A DNA stretch of 64,000 bases from Bacilli bacterium (GTDB lineage: Bacteria; Bacillota_I; Bacilli_A; RFN20; CAG-826): positions 9,154 to 73,153 of the forward strand of contig DASRNI010000028.1 of the NCBI GenBank assembly GCA_035647455.1. The letters are read 5' to 3'. Positions 21,805-30,879 of the stretch are shown in pieces. A program made the position numbers and the translations under genes. How positions within the stretch are numbered: position 1 is the stretch's first letter; every line of letters begins with the position of its first letter. The notes under the pieces are model-generated. The model saw nothing but the letters and a program-made list of their open reading frames with translations. It did no database searches and was not told where the DNA came from.

Positions 21805-21842
21805 AAAAACGGGCTGAAAATTACAACAAGCCCGTTTTTATT
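21805..21842. terminator. Bidirectional terminator between the convergent degV and zur genes
   Basis: aaaaacgggct...agcccgttttt hairpin with a flanking A-run and T-run. Confidence 0.65.
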
Positions 21843-21849
21843 TACTTAA

Positions 21850-22215
21850 TTACTGACAATTACGACATAACCCGTAAATTGTTAAATCGTGATGTGTTAC
21901 TTTGAATTCGTTTTGGGCAATTGTTTCTGCGGCAAATTTTTCAATAACACAGTCTAATTTATAGCGTTTTTTACAACTAGTACAAATTAGATAATGGAAA
22001 TGCTTATCACCACTTAAATAATAGTAGGAAGTTTGATTAATCATACTTTTTGTAAGCATGTTATGGCGTTCGAAATATTCGAGTGCGCGGTAAATCGTGG
22101 ATAAATCGATGTTTTGTTCTTTTAAAAGTAGAGCGATGTCTTCTGCACAAAGCATATCATCACTTTCTTTAAATAAGTTTAATACTAACTTGCGGTGTTT
22201 TGTCATGCGAATCAT
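21850..22215 (-). CDS. zur: Fur-family metalloregulator, probably Zur
   Basis: 121 aa. Winged-helix N-terminus and C-terminal CxxC...CxxC (CTSCKK...CRNCQ). Last gene of the znu-like operon. Confidence 0.7.
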   Translation of the reverse strand: MIRMTKHRKLVLNLFKESDDMLCAEDIALLLKEQNIDLSTIYRALEYFERHNMLTKSMINQTSYYYLSGDKHFHYLICTSCKKRYKLDCVIEKFAAETIAQNEFKVTHHDLTIYGLCRNCQ

Positions 22216-23039
22216 AATCTTTTCCTCAAAAATATCACTTTCGTCAGATATGTTAATAATAAAAACGTACTAAAGACAATAATAATGCTTGGACCAGTTG
22301 GGAGTGCCATGTGGTAAGAAATGATAATGCCAATTAAAACAGCGAGCAATGAAGAAACGACACCAAAAATTAGCGTCTCACTAAAACTCCGTGAAATTTG
22401 CCGCGCAATAAGTGCAGGGAAAATAACAAATGCCGAAATTAAAAGTGCCCCAATCGCGCGAACACCGATGACAACAAACACTGCAGTAAGCGCTGAAAGC
22501 GTATATTTAAGTAAGCGCACTTTGATTTTTGAAAATTCCGCATATGTTTGATCGTACGTTGCGTTTAAGAGTCGGCGGTAATAAATAAGGACAAAAAGAG
22601 CGACACCAAGCACGAGAATGCCCGCAGCAACAAGCTCTGTTTTTGGATCAATTGTTAAAATACTTCCAACGAGCAGTGAATCAATTAAGCGGTTAAATCC
22701 TTCAACTTTTTCAATAATAACAAGTCCAATTGCTAAACTTAATGTTGAAACAACGCCAATTGAAGCGTCGTTATTTAAATTAACGCGTTCGGTTAGAAAA
22801 GTAATAAGTAAAGCAGCAACAATTGCAAATGGTAAAGCAAAGTAAAGTGGTTCACTAGCAAAGATTAAACCGATAACAAAACCAGTAAACGAAATGTGGG
22901 CCATCCCGTCAGCAATGAGTGATTGTTGTGATAAAACAAGAAATGGGCTTAAAAGCGCCGCAGCAAAGGCGATAAGCAAACCAAGAATTAAGGCATAAAC
23001 CATAAATGAGTAACTTAAAAAACTAAACATTGGTTTCAC
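22212..23039 (-). CDS. znuB: ABC-3 family metal (Zn/Mn) transporter permease
   Basis: About 8 TM segments, typical of ZnuB/AdcB. The alternative ATG at 23030 has a better RBS. Overlaps its neighbours. Confidence 0.8.
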   Translation of the reverse strand: MKPMFSFLSYSFMVYALILGLLIAFAAALLSPFLVLSQQSLIADGMAHISFTGFVIGLIFASEPLYFALPFAIVAALLITFLTERVNLNNDASIGVVSTLSLAIGLVIIEKVEGFNRLIDSLLVGSILTIDPKTELVAAGILVLGVALFVLIYYRRLLNATYDQTYAEFSKIKVRLLKYTLSALTAVFVVIGVRAIGALLISAFVIFPALIARQISRSFSETLIFGVVSSLLAVLIGIIISYHMALPTGPSIIIVFSTFLLLTYLTKVIFLRKRL

Positions 23040-23733
23040 CCCGTTTCATTGCTTGGTACTCAGGAAGCGTTCCAAAAAACTTAATTTCTTGATCGATATA
23101 AATAATGTCGGCACAGTCACAAAGCGCTTCATGCAAATCATGTGTAACAAAGATAATTGTTTTCTTTTCGTGATGAAGTTCCATAATGATCTCATTGAAC
23201 CGCTTGCGAAATGATGGGTCAAGCGCAGAAGTAGGTTCATCAAGAATAATAAAATCAGGGTTGCTAATGAGCGCGCGAATTAAAAAGACGCGTTGTTGTT
23301 GTCCGCCAGATAGCGTTGCCATCGGCGCGGTTAGCAAGTGGCCAATTTCCATTCTTTCTAACCATGTTTTAATTTGGTTGTGTTCTTCTTTAGTGATAAA
23401 AAGCCGTTGTTTTTGAAAACCACTATAAATCACTTCACGAACAGTAATCGGAAAGTTTGATTGCTGAACAAGCTTTTGTGGTAAATAACCAACGGCAAAA
23501 TCACCCCGAGTTATCGTTCCTTCAGTTTGTTTGAGTAAATTTGTAATTAAACGAACAAATGTCGTTTTTCCCGAACCATTAGGACCGATAACATAAAGAA
23601 GCATTCCCTTTTTAACGGTAAAGTTGATGTTTTTCAGTGCTTCGACTTTACCAAAGGTAACGCCAACATTGTTTAAGCTAATCACTAAGTCCGAGTTTGA
23701 GATTGCTGATGTTTTGGGCGAAGATTTGGGCAT
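23023..23733 (-). CDS. znuC: Metal ABC transporter ATP-binding protein
   Basis: Start MPKSS with RBS AAAGGAG; the track start at 23799 is an extension. Walker A GPNGSGKTT, signature LSGGQQQRV, Walker B ILDEPT. Confidence 0.85.
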   Translation of the reverse strand: MPKSSPKTSAISNSDLVISLNNVGVTFGKVEALKNINFTVKKGMLLYVIGPNGSGKTTFVRLITNLLKQTEGTITRGDFAVGYLPQKLVQQSNFPITVREVIYSGFQKQRLFITKEEHNQIKTWLERMEIGHLLTAPMATLSGGQQQRVFLIRALISNPDFIILDEPTSALDPSFRKRFNEIIMELHHEKKTIIFVTHDLHEALCDCADIIYIDQEIKFFGTLPEYQAMKRGETNV

Positions 23734-24592
23734 AATTAACTCCTTTCTCTGCTTCATTTTTCGCGATATTGTGGTAAGCATGAAGTTCCAAAAGCTCAAT
23801 ATCGTAGTTATATTTATTTTTTAGTTCTGTTTTGATTTGTCGGGCGACACGCGGCTCTGCTAATTCTTCAATGTAAATATATTTCGTCTTAGTTCCATAT
23901 ATTTCTTCAATTAACTTAATTAACTGTTGCGGTGTTAAGTCACCACTCGGGCTATAACTATCTGCTAATGAGATTATTTCTAACTCGTAACGCGCGGCAA
24001 AGGCATCAAGTGCATTATGACCAGCGAAATAGATTGGCTGCCGTTCTATTGTTGTTAAGTAAGTGTTAAAGCTTTGGTGAAGTGACGCAATTTCGTTATA
24101 GTAAAAATCAGCGTTTTCATCGTAAAACACAGCGTTATCCGCGTCAATCTGCTTTATTTCATCTCTAACCGCATTAATAAGTTGTAAATATGTTGTTGGA
24201 TCTGTCCAAAAATGCCCGCTTCCTTCATGGTCATGAGCGTGAGTTCTTTTTGGGCTAACAGGAGGATTAAAAGGTAGCGCGGTAAATGCCTCACTAAGCG
24301 CGAATGCATTTTCGTTGTTAACTAAGTTTTTCACCCAAGTTTCTAAAAATGGTGTAGTGTAAATAAAAAGTTTCGCATTATTTACAGCGACAACATCCTG
24401 GGCATTAGGCTCATAATCATGGAGTTCACTTCCCCACGGAACAAGATTGCGATGACTTATTTTGTCTTTGGCAATTTCATGAACTAAGTCGTACGCAATA
24501 AAAGAAGAAGTAATAATTTCTTCTTGACCACGGGTGTTACAGGAACTTAAGAGTAGTAACGGTACAAGCAATAACAATTTTTTCTTTTTCAT
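23678..24592 (-). CDS. znuA: Zinc ABC transporter substrate-binding lipoprotein (ZnuA/AdcA family)
   Basis: Lipoprotein signal MKKKKLLLLVPLLLLSSC. His-rich loop HAHDHEGSGH. Cluster-9 SBP fold features. Its 3' end overlaps the znuC start. Confidence 0.85.
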   Translation of the reverse strand: MKKKKLLLLVPLLLLSSCNTRGQEEIITSSFIAYDLVHEIAKDKISHRNLVPWGSELHDYEPNAQDVVAVNNAKLFIYTTPFLETWVKNLVNNENAFALSEAFTALPFNPPVSPKRTHAHDHEGSGHFWTDPTTYLQLINAVRDEIKQIDADNAVFYDENADFYYNEIASLHQSFNTYLTTIERQPIYFAGHNALDAFAARYELEIISLADSYSPSGDLTPQQLIKLIEEIYGTKTKYIYIEELAEPRVARQIKTELKNKYNYDIELLELHAYHNIAKNEAEKGVNYAQIFAQNISNLKLGLSD

Positions 24593-24598
24593 AACCTT

Positions 24599-24615
24599 TT
24601 GCGAACCATTCGCAA
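24599..24615. promoter_or_regulatory. 7-3-7 inverted repeat TTGCGAAccaTTCGCAA between the -10 element (24619-24624, minus strand) and the znuA start codon. Candidate Zur-type operator.
   Basis: Perfect inverted repeat read directly in the znuA 5' leader. The operon ends with a Fur-family regulator. Confidence 0.4.
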
Positions 24616-24644
24616 CTCATTATAACATGTTACATTATTGCTCA

Positions 24645-24678
24645 TCAAAAAAACGCCCGAAGGCGTCTTTTCTTTTTA
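24645..24678. terminator. Rho-independent terminator downstream of pmbA (bidirectional)
   Basis: acgcc-cgaa-ggcgt hairpin with a flanking A-run and T-run. Confidence 0.6.
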
Positions 24679-24693
24679 ATCAAATAATTTTAC

Positions 24694-26013
24694 TTAGCCA
24701 GCGATGTTAAGTTTTTTAATGTAAACACTTGATGTCGTGTAGCTTGAAAGCTGTAATTCATTTTCATTCGCAACATCGCGCACATCATTAAATAACTTAA
24801 TTAAGTTACCACTAACGGTAATTAAATTAACCGGCTCAGCAAGTTTACCATCTCTAATGACGAAGCCAGAAGCTTGTAAACTAAAATCGCCACTTGTTGG
24901 GTTAAGTCCTGAATGTAACCCCATTACTTCAGTAATAAAAACACCTTCAGTAATCGGTGTAATCATTTCAGCAAATGTTTTTCGTCCCGGTCTTAAAACG
25001 ACATTACTAATTCCGATGCCAATTTTACCCCCGTTATTGACGGCATTACCAGTTGGTTCGACACCAGCTTTTTTAGCTGTACTTAAATTATGTAAGTAAG
25101 TCTTAAGGACGCCACGCTGGATAATTGGTTTATTAAACTTCGCCACACCTTCGTCATCAAAGTAAGTGAAGAAGACGTTTCGCGTTAACGGTGCATCAGT
25201 TACGGTTATTTTTGCATTAGCAACACGTTCATTTAATTTACCGATAAAGAGCGAAGTTTGTTTTTCAACGTTTTCAGCATTAGCATTCGTTAAGTACGCG
25301 GCAAGAAGACTTGCGGTAACACGTGGATTAAGTACAACTGGGTAAGCTTTCGTTGGAACAGGCTTACCACCAAGCTTCGTAACTGCTTTATGAATAACGT
25401 CACCCACAAACTTGCCTAAATCAAATTTTTCATGATCGTTATCAAGGAAGATATGGTAACCGGTCTTTGTATCACCGTCTTCACGAACAACTACGTTAGC
25501 CATATAGTAATAATAGTTTTGTTTCGCCATTAGTTTTAATCCATACGAATTAAACATCCGACGGTCGTTTTCTTGTTCAACATAAACGACACTTTCAACA
25601 TCTGTAACGCGCTTTTCGCGTTCAAAAAGTGCTTTTTCAATTAAAAACAAGTTGTTTAGCTTATCGCTTTCACTAATTTTAGCGAGCTCGCGATTAAAAA
25701 TATTACGACGGCGATATTTTTCGCTACCTTCGAAAATAATTGCTAAATCATCGCTTTCACTAACACCAGCACTTGTTTTGATTTGGTCAATTAAGTAGTG
25801 TGGAGTAGTACGGTCATCTTTTTCACTAAGGGCAAACCCCATTTTTCCGTTAAAGATACCACGTGCCGCAATTGTAATTGTTGTTGCGACAGAATAATTT
25901 TCTACTGCCCCTTTGTAAACACCCATTTGTGTTGTTGAGCCACGGACAATAACGACTTCGCTTTCTAAAAGTCCAGCTTCTTTAGCTAACTCAAAAAATT
26001 TATTTACGTTCAT
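24694..26013 (-). CDS. pmbA: PmbA/TldE metalloprotease (peptidase U62)
   Basis: 439 aa. U62-family C-terminal region ...PTSGDFSLQASGFVIRDGKLAEPV. ATGA overlap with tldD. Confidence 0.85.
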   Translation of the reverse strand: MNVNKFFELAKEAGLLESEVVIVRGSTTQMGVYKGAVENYSVATTITIAARGIFNGKMGFALSEKDDRTTPHYLIDQIKTSAGVSESDDLAIIFEGSEKYRRRNIFNRELAKISESDKLNNLFLIEKALFEREKRVTDVESVVYVEQENDRRMFNSYGLKLMAKQNYYYYMANVVVREDGDTKTGYHIFLDNDHEKFDLGKFVGDVIHKAVTKLGGKPVPTKAYPVVLNPRVTASLLAAYLTNANAENVEKQTSLFIGKLNERVANAKITVTDAPLTRNVFFTYFDDEGVAKFNKPIIQRGVLKTYLHNLSTAKKAGVEPTGNAVNNGGKIGIGISNVVLRPGRKTFAEMITPITEGVFITEVMGLHSGLNPTSGDFSLQASGFVIRDGKLAEPVNLITVSGNLIKLFNDVRDVANENELQLSSYTTSSVYIKKLNIAG

Positions 26014-27404
26014 TTTAAAGCTCCTCCGCGTCCACCAACGGTTATTTCATTAACTCTAATTGTTGGTTGACCAACATCAACAGGAATTGATCCGCTTGCG
26101 GCACCACACATCCCTTGGGCGCGCTCAAGATCGTTAGCAACCATATCAATCTTCATTAAAATATCAGCGCCATTACCAATTAATGAAGCACCTTTAACGA
26201 GTTCAGCAAGTTTGCCATCACGAATAATGTATGCTTCATCACAGGCGAAGTTAAAGTCACCAGTGGCCGGATTAACGCTACCACCACCGAGTGATTTCGC
26301 GTAAAGTCCAAGTTTTACACTGGCAATAATTTCTTCAGGTGTATGCGGGCCTTTATCAATATAAGTATTGGACATACGGCTAGTAGGTTCAAATTGATAA
26401 TTTTGTCTACGGCCTGCGCCGTTACTTTCTTCACCCATGCGACGACCATTAAAGCGATCAATCATGTAATTTTGTAAAATACCATCTTTAATTAAAACAG
26501 TACGTTCGGTTGCAATGCCTTCATCATCAATATTATTTGAGCCCCAGGCATTTTTAATTGTGCCATCATCAATTGCTGTAACAGCTGGATGGGCAATTTG
26601 CTCACCAACTTTGCCAGCAAACGGCGATAAACCTTTACTAACCGCGCTTGCTTCAAGTGGATGACCACAGGCTTCATGGAAAATAACACCACCGAATCCG
26701 TTACCAATGACAACGGGCATTTTTCCGCTTGGACATTCGGGTGCAGTAAGTTTGCGGACGGCTAAATCGGCAACTTCAGTAGCGAGTCCAACAATATCAA
26801 GACCTTCAACATATTCATAGCCTTGATGGGCACCTGGGCCACTAAAACTACTTTCAAATGCCGTTGGTGAAGCAGCGACACTATTTAAAATTAAACGAAC
26901 GCGCTCTTGATTATCATGGAATTCATTACTTTCGCTATTAAAAATAACGATTTTACGTATTTCAACGAGCAGACCGCTCATTGTTCGGACGATTTGTGGA
27001 TTATAACCACGCATTGTTTCGTCACCGAGTTTTAAAAGAGCGGTTATTTCTTTAACATCAATATTTGCTAAACTTTGCGCTAATTTATGTTTTTTGGAAA
27101 CACGAACCTTTCTCATACTTTCGACGAAAACTTGTTGTTCCTCATTAAAGGAAACGTTTAGTGAATTTGCGAGTTTTAAAAGTCCGCGTTTACTTAAATC
27201 ACTAGTGTGTCCGTAGACACTTTGTAATCCTTTGAGAATTCGGATGCCAGCACCGTATTTTAGTGATGAGCTAATTGGCTGCATTTTTCCTGTGTCCACA
27301 ATGTATTGTGAGCTATTTGTTTCTTCAAGAAAAATCTCGGCAAAGTCACCACCAGTTAGTAGGGCTGTATTTAAAACTTCTTGTGCAAGTCTTTTTGAAA
27401 TCAT
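26010..27404 (-). CDS. tldD: TldD metalloprotease (peptidase U62)
   Basis: Start at MISKRL with RBS AGGAGGT. ...HEACGHPLEA metal site and ...GGGSVNPATGDFNFACDEAYIIRDGK. Confidence 0.88.
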   Translation of the reverse strand: MISKRLAQEVLNTALLTGGDFAEIFLEETNSSQYIVDTGKMQPISSSLKYGAGIRILKGLQSVYGHTSDLSKRGLLKLANSLNVSFNEEQQVFVESMRKVRVSKKHKLAQSLANIDVKEITALLKLGDETMRGYNPQIVRTMSGLLVEIRKIVIFNSESNEFHDNQERVRLILNSVAASPTAFESSFSGPGAHQGYEYVEGLDIVGLATEVADLAVRKLTAPECPSGKMPVVIGNGFGGVIFHEACGHPLEASAVSKGLSPFAGKVGEQIAHPAVTAIDDGTIKNAWGSNNIDDEGIATERTVLIKDGILQNYMIDRFNGRRMGEESNGAGRRQNYQFEPTSRMSNTYIDKGPHTPEEIIASVKLGLYAKSLGGGSVNPATGDFNFACDEAYIIRDGKLAELVKGASLIGNGADILMKIDMVANDLERAQGMCGAASGSIPVDVGQPTIRVNEITVGGRGGALK

Positions 27405-27618
27405 TAACTTACCTCCTAATTTCTTTGAAATTATAACATAATGGCAAAATTTTCCCTTTATTTGTGCGTTTTTAATGTAATTAAACGCTTTCAACGGTTT
27501 TTTTAAAAAACAACGAAAAAAGTGACACGTAATATTTGTTATTTAAATTTAATAATGTTATTATTACATTTGCTTACTTAGGGAGAAATGAGTATCTCTA
27601 GGCGGAAGGAGAAAAGAA

Positions 27619-27822
27619 ATGAAAAAAGGAATACACCCAACTGTTAATACAATTACCGTAGCATGTGTTAGTTGCGGCGTCGAATTTAGCACGCTCTCAA
27701 CACGGAAAGAAATTAAAGTTGACACTTGTTCAAATTGCCACCCATTCTATACTGGCAAGCAACGCTTCACACAAGCAGATGGACGAGTTGATAAATTCAA
27801 TAAAAAATACGGACTTAAGTAA
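27619..27822 (+). CDS. rpmE: 50S ribosomal protein L31, zinc-binding type A
   Basis: 67 aa. [23 protein letters not shown]...[13 protein letters not shown] with the CxxC...CxxC zinc ribbon. Confidence 0.93.
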   Translation: MKKGIHPTVNTITVACVSCGVEFSTLSTRKEIKVDTCSNCHPFYTGKQRFTQADGRVDKFNKKYGLK

Positions 27823-27872
27823 CACGAAGAAACTGCTTGAAACAAAGCAGTTTTTTTAAAAAGGAAAAACTG

Positions 27873-29462
27873 ATGAAAAAACGTCTTTATATTACAACAC
27901 CGATTTACTACCCAAGTGCAAAACTTCATATTGGCCACGCTTATTGCACTGTTTTAACGGACATTATTGCCCGCTATAACAGAATGGCCGGGAAAGAAGT
28001 GTATTTTTTAACTGGTAGTGATGAGCACGGACAAAAGATTGAAGAAAATGCACAGAGTGCGAACAAAACACCACAAGAGTTTGTTGATGAGATGGTTCAG
28101 GGGTTCCACACTTTATGGGAAAAGCTTGAAATAAGTCATGATCAATTTATTCGGACAACGGATGAAAAGCACATCGCAACTGTACAAAAGATATTTTCTA
28201 AGTTGCTCAAAAAAGGCGATATTTATCTTGATAAATATGAAGGATGGTATTGTACACCGTGTGAATCGTTTTGGACGGACACACAAGTAGGTGAAAATCA
28301 TCTTTGCCCTGAATGTAATCGTCCCGTTATTCGTGCAAGCGAAGAATCTTACTTTTTCAAAGCAAAAGAATATGTTAATTTTTTATTAAAACATTATAAG
28401 AAACACGACAAATTTATAACACCGGTTAGTCGAAAGAATGAAATGGTTAACACTTTTATTAAACCGGGTTTAAATGACTTAGCAGTATCGCGCACGAGCT
28501 TTTCTTGGGGAGTACCAATTGAAGAAAAAGAAGGGCATGTCGTTTATGTATGGGTAGATGCTCTAATTAATTATATTAGTGCCCTTGGCTACTTAAGTGA
28601 TGACGACGAACTTTTCCAAAAATATTGGAATGATAAGGATACAGAAATCATTCATGTTCTTGGTGCAGATATTACACGATTCCATGCAATTTACTGGCCA
28701 ATGATCTTAAAAGCATTAGGACTCCGCTTGCCAACTCGCGAATTTGTCCATGGTTTACTTTTAATGAAAGACGAAAAAATGAGCAAATCAAAAGGTAACG
28801 TTGTTGATCCAGTTCCGCTTATTGAACGCTACAGTGTTGATGCAGTACGTTATTACTTAGCACGCGAAACTACTTTTGGTAATGACGGTCAATTTACCCC
28901 CGAACAATTTGTTGAGCGGTTTAATGTTGATTTAGTAAATGACTACGGCAATTTACTTAATCGAACAGTCACAATGATTGAAAAATATTTTGCAGGAATA
29001 ATTCCAATTTATCCTGGTCGAGTCACAGAGTTTGATGCTGAACTTGAATTAATGGCTAATGAAGTAATCGAAAATTATAAAAACAACTTTGAAAACTTAA
29101 AAGTTACTGAAGCATTAATTGAACCAATCAAACTTATTAGTGCCTCAAATAAATATATTGATAATACTAAGCCTTGGGAACTTGCGGCCAACAATGATAC
29201 CGAGAAACTTGCATCCGTAATGTCGCACTTAGCAAACAACTTATATATCAGTAGTGTGCTTCTAAAACCAGCACTCTTGAAAGCCCCATCAGAACTCTTT
29301 AAGCAATTAGGAATACCTGAAAAATTAATGGATTTTGAGTATCTAAAGAAATATGGTGTTATTGGTGGGCAGCAAGTCGCAAAAGGGGAGCCACTATTTC
29401 CCCGCTTGAAAGTTGCTGAAGAAGTAGAATTCATCCAAAAGTTAATGAAAAACAATGATTAA
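27873..29462 (+). CDS. metG: Methionyl-tRNA synthetase (short form, no C-terminal tRNA-binding domain)
   Basis: Start MKKRLYITTPIYYPSAKLHIGHAY (HIGH motif). KMSKS motif present. Zinc knuckle CTPCESFW...CPECNRPV. Confidence 0.93.
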   Translation: MKKRLYITTPIYYPSAKLHIGHAYCTVLTDIIARYNRMAGKEVYFLTGSDEHGQKIEENAQSANKTPQEFVDEMVQGFHTLWEKLEISHDQFIRTTDEKHIATVQKIFSKLLKKGDIYLDKYEGWYCTPCESFWTDTQVGENHLCPECNRPVIRASEESYFFKAKEYVNFLLKHYKKHDKFITPVSRKNEMVNTFIKPGLNDLAVSRTSFSWGVPIEEKEGHVVYVWVDALINYISALGYLSDDDELFQKYWNDKDTEIIHVLGADITRFHAIYWPMILKALGLRLPTREFVHGLLLMKDEKMSKSKGNVVDPVPLIERYSVDAVRYYLARETTFGNDGQFTPEQFVERFNVDLVNDYGNLLNRTVTMIEKYFAGIIPIYPGRVTEFDAELELMANEVIENYKNNFENLKVTEALIEPIKLISASNKYIDNTKPWELAANNDTEKLASVMSHLANNLYISSVLLKPALLKAPSELFKQLGIPEKLMDFEYLKKYGVIGGQQVAKGEPLFPRLKVAEEVEFIQKLMKNND

Positions 29463-30825
29463 AGAAAACGACATAATTAATGTTGTCGGTGTTGATTATA
29501 ATTCACACGGGATTGGCGTTGCAAAATATGCAGGTAAAACAATTTTTGTCACCAATTTGATTATTGGTGAAAAGGCAGAAATTAAAATTACAAAAGTAAA
29601 GCGTTCTTTTGCGCTGGGGAAAGTCGTGCGCTTTCTTGAAATGTCCCCCGACCGAATTAAACCAATAATACCAGAAACAATTCATTTAGGTGGCTGTCAG
29701 TTTACCCAATTAACGTATGCAAAAGAGCTTGCACATAAAAAAGATAAGATCGAACGTGCATTAAGAGTTATCGGTGGACATAATCTAACTGTAAAACAAA
29801 TTATTCCCGCTGAAAAAATTTATTTCTACCGCAACAAAACCGTTTTACCATTAGGTGAAACAAAGAGCGGGAAAATAATTTCAGGCTTATATCGTCATCG
29901 CACACATGAGATTATTGCAATGAATCAAACACATTTAGATCACGAAAACACGGGGAAAATTATCGAAGTAATAAAACAATTAATTACTGATTTTAATTAT
30001 TCTGTTTACGATGAAAAAAAGCATGAAGGCGTGTTTAGAAAAATAATGATTAGAACGAGTTTTACCACAGGTGATGTTTTGCTGATACTAATTACGAACG
30101 CTACAAAAATAGAGCGAATTGCTGAGTTTAGCCGTGAATTGAAGGACAAACTACCAGAATTAACTGGTATTGTTCAAAATATAAATACGGAGCGAACAAA
30201 TGTTATTTTAGGTAAAAATGATGTTTTATTGTATGGAAGGGACTACGTAGAAGAAGTAATAAATGGTATTACTTTTAGGGTATCAAGTAAATCATTTTTC
30301 CAAGTGAACACCGCACAAGCTGAAATTCTCTACAATCGGGCACTGGAATTAGCTAATTTAAGCAAAAACGATGTTATTCTCGATGCTTATTCTGGAACAG
30401 GAACATTAGCACTATTAGCTGCAGAAAAAGTCAAAAAGGCAATTGGTGTTGAAATTGTTGCTGAAGCAGTTAGCGATGCCCGAAAAAATGCGCAGCGAAA
30501 TAATATTAAAAATGCAGTATTTTACGCTCAAGACGTAAATGAGTTTATGAATAAGAGCCTAATTGTCGAGCAAGTTGATGTGATTATCGTCGATCCGCCC
30601 CGTAAAGGCCTGAATTTATCGTTTGTTAACAGTATATTAGAGAATCCGGTAAAAAAGATCATTTACATATCATGTAATCCAGCAACACTTGCGCGAGATT
30701 TAGCAGTTTTAAGTGAGAAATACGCAGTTAAAGTGGTTGAAGCAGTAGACATGTTCCCCCGAACAGCACACGTAGAAACAATCGTTATTTTGAAACTAAA
30801 AGAGAAGCAGCACCAGAATTCATGA
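29455..30825 (+). CDS. 23S rRNA (uracil-C5)-methyltransferase, RlmD/RumA family (TRAM + SAM methyltransferase)
   Basis: 456 aa. N-terminal TRAM domain. ...GGCQFTQLTY. SAM motif ILDAYSGTGTLALL. ...DPPRKG. Confidence 0.8.
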   Translation: MIKENDIINVVGVDYNSHGIGVAKYAGKTIFVTNLIIGEKAEIKITKVKRSFALGKVVRFLEMSPDRIKPIIPETIHLGGCQFTQLTYAKELAHKKDKIERALRVIGGHNLTVKQIIPAEKIYFYRNKTVLPLGETKSGKIISGLYRHRTHEIIAMNQTHLDHENTGKIIEVIKQLITDFNYSVYDEKKHEGVFRKIMIRTSFTTGDVLLILITNATKIERIAEFSRELKDKLPELTGIVQNINTERTNVILGKNDVLLYGRDYVEEVINGITFRVSSKSFFQVNTAQAEILYNRALELANLSKNDVILDAYSGTGTLALLAAEKVKKAIGVEIVAEAVSDARKNAQRNNIKNAVFYAQDVNEFMNKSLIVEQVDVIIVDPPRKGLNLSFVNSILENPVKKIIYISCNPATLARDLAVLSEKYAVKVVEAVDMFPRTAHVETIVILKLKEKQHQNS

Positions 30826-30879
30826 TTTATTTATAAAATAAGGTACCACAACAAACAAATAGTGATAAAATAATCATGT

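Noticed and set aside
27495-27618. Partial dyad gggagaaatgagtatctctagg upstream of rpmE, considered as a Zur box for L31.
   Set aside because: The repeat is imperfect. This L31 is the Zn-ribbon (type A) form, which is normally constitutive; Zur usually controls the non-zinc paralogue.
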